This document shows, piece by piece, positions 62,201-64,000 of a stretch of 64,000 nt of DNA (within the stretch, counting starts at the first letter, position 1; every line of letters starts with the position of its first letter). The notes below the pieces were generated by a model. That model saw only the letters and a program-made list of their open reading frames with translations, was not told the DNA's origin and made no database searches. A program made the position numbers and the translations under genes. Source of the stretch: Magallana gigas (Eukaryota); assembly GCF_963853765.1 (NCBI RefSeq), contig NC_088859.1, forward strand, positions 47,492,001 through 47,556,000. Reading direction: 5' to 3'.

Positions 62201-62557
62201 CAGGTGATTGAGATAGGGAGCTTCTGATGATTATATTATAATAAATCAAGTTGTACTCTTGTCATGTAAAATCAACAGAAATCTAAAGAGACTGAGGAAT
62301 ATGTATAAAACTATTTGTCATTCTGCAGCATGCACTTGTGTTTCAGTTATACAATGTATTTGATAATTAAGGTAAAGATTACATGCTTTCTTTCCTAGAA
62401 TGTGTTGGACTACATGACATCCTTGGGATTTAGTCAGAGGCATTACACTGTGTCAACATCTTATCCCCGCCAGAGCCTACAGGAGCAAAGGGAAACAACT
62501 CTGGCAGAGATGGGATTTTATAGTAAAATTGTTCTGAATGTAGAAGAAATAGAATAG
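53295..62557 (+). CDS. UBXN8: UBX domain-containing protein 8-like (membrane-anchored p97 cofactor), about 264 aa
   Basis: Exons 53295-53358, 57026-57145, 57257-57348, 59280-59399, 60068-60193 (or 60199), 60493-60606, 62399-62557. Two N-terminal hydrophobic segments; EEEFLRFQGPAWKGEGHELG; C-terminal UBX domain (LPEEP...TVCLRTP...RRF...VLDYM...STSYPR...TLAEMG). Confidence 0.85.
56209..56685. mobile_element. Palindrome-ended non-autonomous element
   Basis: Duplicated GACTGAAAT.ACACGCCCT.TTTATCGATTGGTC motifs, then an inverted repeat with ~83-bp arms at 56514-56685 and apex AACCCGC-taat-GCGGGTT. Same architecture as 641-1005. Confidence 0.6.
58792..59254 (+). mobile_element. Helentron-associated interspersed element (pearl/HINE-type)
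   Basis: 5' subTIR hairpin GCCCCCCTT..AAGGGAGGGC; (GTCY/G) microsatellite; 2.3 tandem monomers of 161-162 bp starting at 58859, 59020 and 59182; 3' subTIR AGGGGGGC; stem-loop TGTTTTTACAAACA; T-rich end. Confidence 0.85.
59745..59954. mobile_element. Tc1/mariner-type MITE
   Basis: 24-bp TIRs TACTGTAAAAGTGGTTATTTACGC / GCGTAAATAACCATTTTTACAGTA (1 mismatch). A related truncated copy starts at 54114. Confidence 0.85.
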
Positions 62558-63585
62558 TGCTTAGAGAGTAAATCTGCTGTTACAATTCATTTCACCCAAC
62601 TGTGATATTATTAACAATTCATTTTATTTTGTATGGTATGAAATCCATATTACACACAACAACAAAATTGTAAATGAGAAAGCATTTATAGGTGTTCTGA
62701 TTTATTTTGTCGGATATCGATTGCTGTGTGTTTAGTCCATTGTTGTGTATCTTTTAATAAAATCTTAATATGGGATGCATACGTCACCACACCTCTGACA
62801 CAGAAGTCAGCCCTGGGGCAGGGGCTTTGATGTTTGATTGGATCTCTTTTGGTTGTATTGTAAACAAGTTTTAATTCATTGAAAATTTCTCCCCTGGTAT
62901 GAATTCAAAAATTCATTTAAAAAAGCCTCCATGTTATCATAACAATACTCTTCCATAACCAACACCCTTCCCCACTACATAAAATGAATGTAGTTTTACA
63001 TGTATTTGATAATGAACCTGACAGTGCCTTCTGGGTTTTCATAACATCTCCTCTCATCAGCTGAGTCCCCACTCCCCCTCTTAATATTTCATGAATTGTG
63101 CAATCAATATGTTGCATACATTAATCGATAATTCCCACAAAAATACTGGTCATAATATAAAAAAAAATCTCTGTTTATTTATACTATAATAATGGGCATT
63201 GATGTACAGTTGGGTCTTTAAAATCTGCTACCTTATTTTTTTTCATGCATCATCAATAAAGTATTTATGCACATGCAAGTATTGCAGCGATTGTTTGAGT
63301 CCTCAACATGGCTGTATTTTACTCAAATTTATATAGTTGGATACTTGTCTTGTTTTAACTTGTTGTTTATTTTTTCCTTAAATTATATTTTTAATATGGT
63401 ATTGGTTTAGATTCTCTTTTTTCATACATGAAGTGTTTATAATAATATTTATTTACATATATTTATATAATAACATGTTTTTATGACATAATAGGTCAAT
63501 GGTTGACCTTTATTACCGTGCATTTTAACAATGTTTTATATAGTTTTATGGATAATTTGTTAAAGACTTATTAAATTTTATTAGT

Positions 63586-63858
63586 GGTGTATAAGAATTT
63601 GTTAAGGTTGTAAGATCTTTACTTCAAAGATTATGTTCTTTAGCGCATTATAATGTAGCAAATACAATGTATATTGTGGAATATACAATGTATATTGTGG
63701 AATTTGAATAAAGACTGAAATTGACTTGGTGTATAAGAATTTGTTAAGGTTGTAAGATCTTTACTTCAAAGATTATGTTCTTTAGCGCATTATAATGTAG
63801 CAAATACAATATTGTACAATGTATATTGTGGAATTTGAATAAAGACTGAAATTGACTT
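63586..63858. repeat. Recent tandem duplication (142 and 131 bp copies)
   Basis: GGTGTATAAGAATTTGTTAAGG...ATTGACTT starts at 63586 and again at 63728. Each copy contains AATAAA. Confidence 0.9.
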
Positions 63859-64000
63859 GATCTTTTTTTCTACATTACGTTCTACATTAACATCAGTGGA
63901 TGCTGCAATGGACCCATTGCTTAGACTGCTGCATGTTCTGCATATCCAGCGATGTTAATAACATTTTAATTTTATTAAAATTTTAATAACTGTATGAATG

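Overview
This is AT-rich eukaryotic, intron-rich genomic DNA, most likely an oyster (Crassostrea/Magallana), judged from Cg170-type satellite monomers, Helentron-associated elements and SINE heads. I assembled seven protein-coding genes by hand from GT/GC-AG splice sites. (1) An aminergic-like class A GPCR with a single coding exon (minus, 2278-3519). (2) ZGRF1, with DUF2439, a GRF zinc finger and an SF1B helicase (plus, 30 coding exons, 3762-23434, about 2368 aa). (3) FBXL15 (minus, 26547-28048). (4, 5) Two convergent claudin/PMP22-like tetraspan paralogs (31500-34263 plus; 36819-39497 minus). (6) S-adenosylmethionine synthase MAT (minus, 49596-53048). (7) A UBXN8-like gene (plus, 53295-62557) head-to-head with MAT. 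The rest is non-autonomous transposons (hAT-, Tc1/mariner-, Kolobok- and Helentron-type), SINEs, long palindromes and a 1.85-kb 29/30-bp minisatellite, whose long ORFs are artefacts. The main leads are: a tandem-duplicated alternative last exon of FBXL15 behind a GC-AG donor; precise loss in MAT of the intron whose 3' splice site is, by my inference, the METTL16/m6A SAM sensor in nematodes, with a near-METTL16 motif at the intron-1 acceptor instead; and an orphan GPCR that appears to be interleaved antisense with ZGRF1. All gene identities come from recalled family motifs, not database searches.
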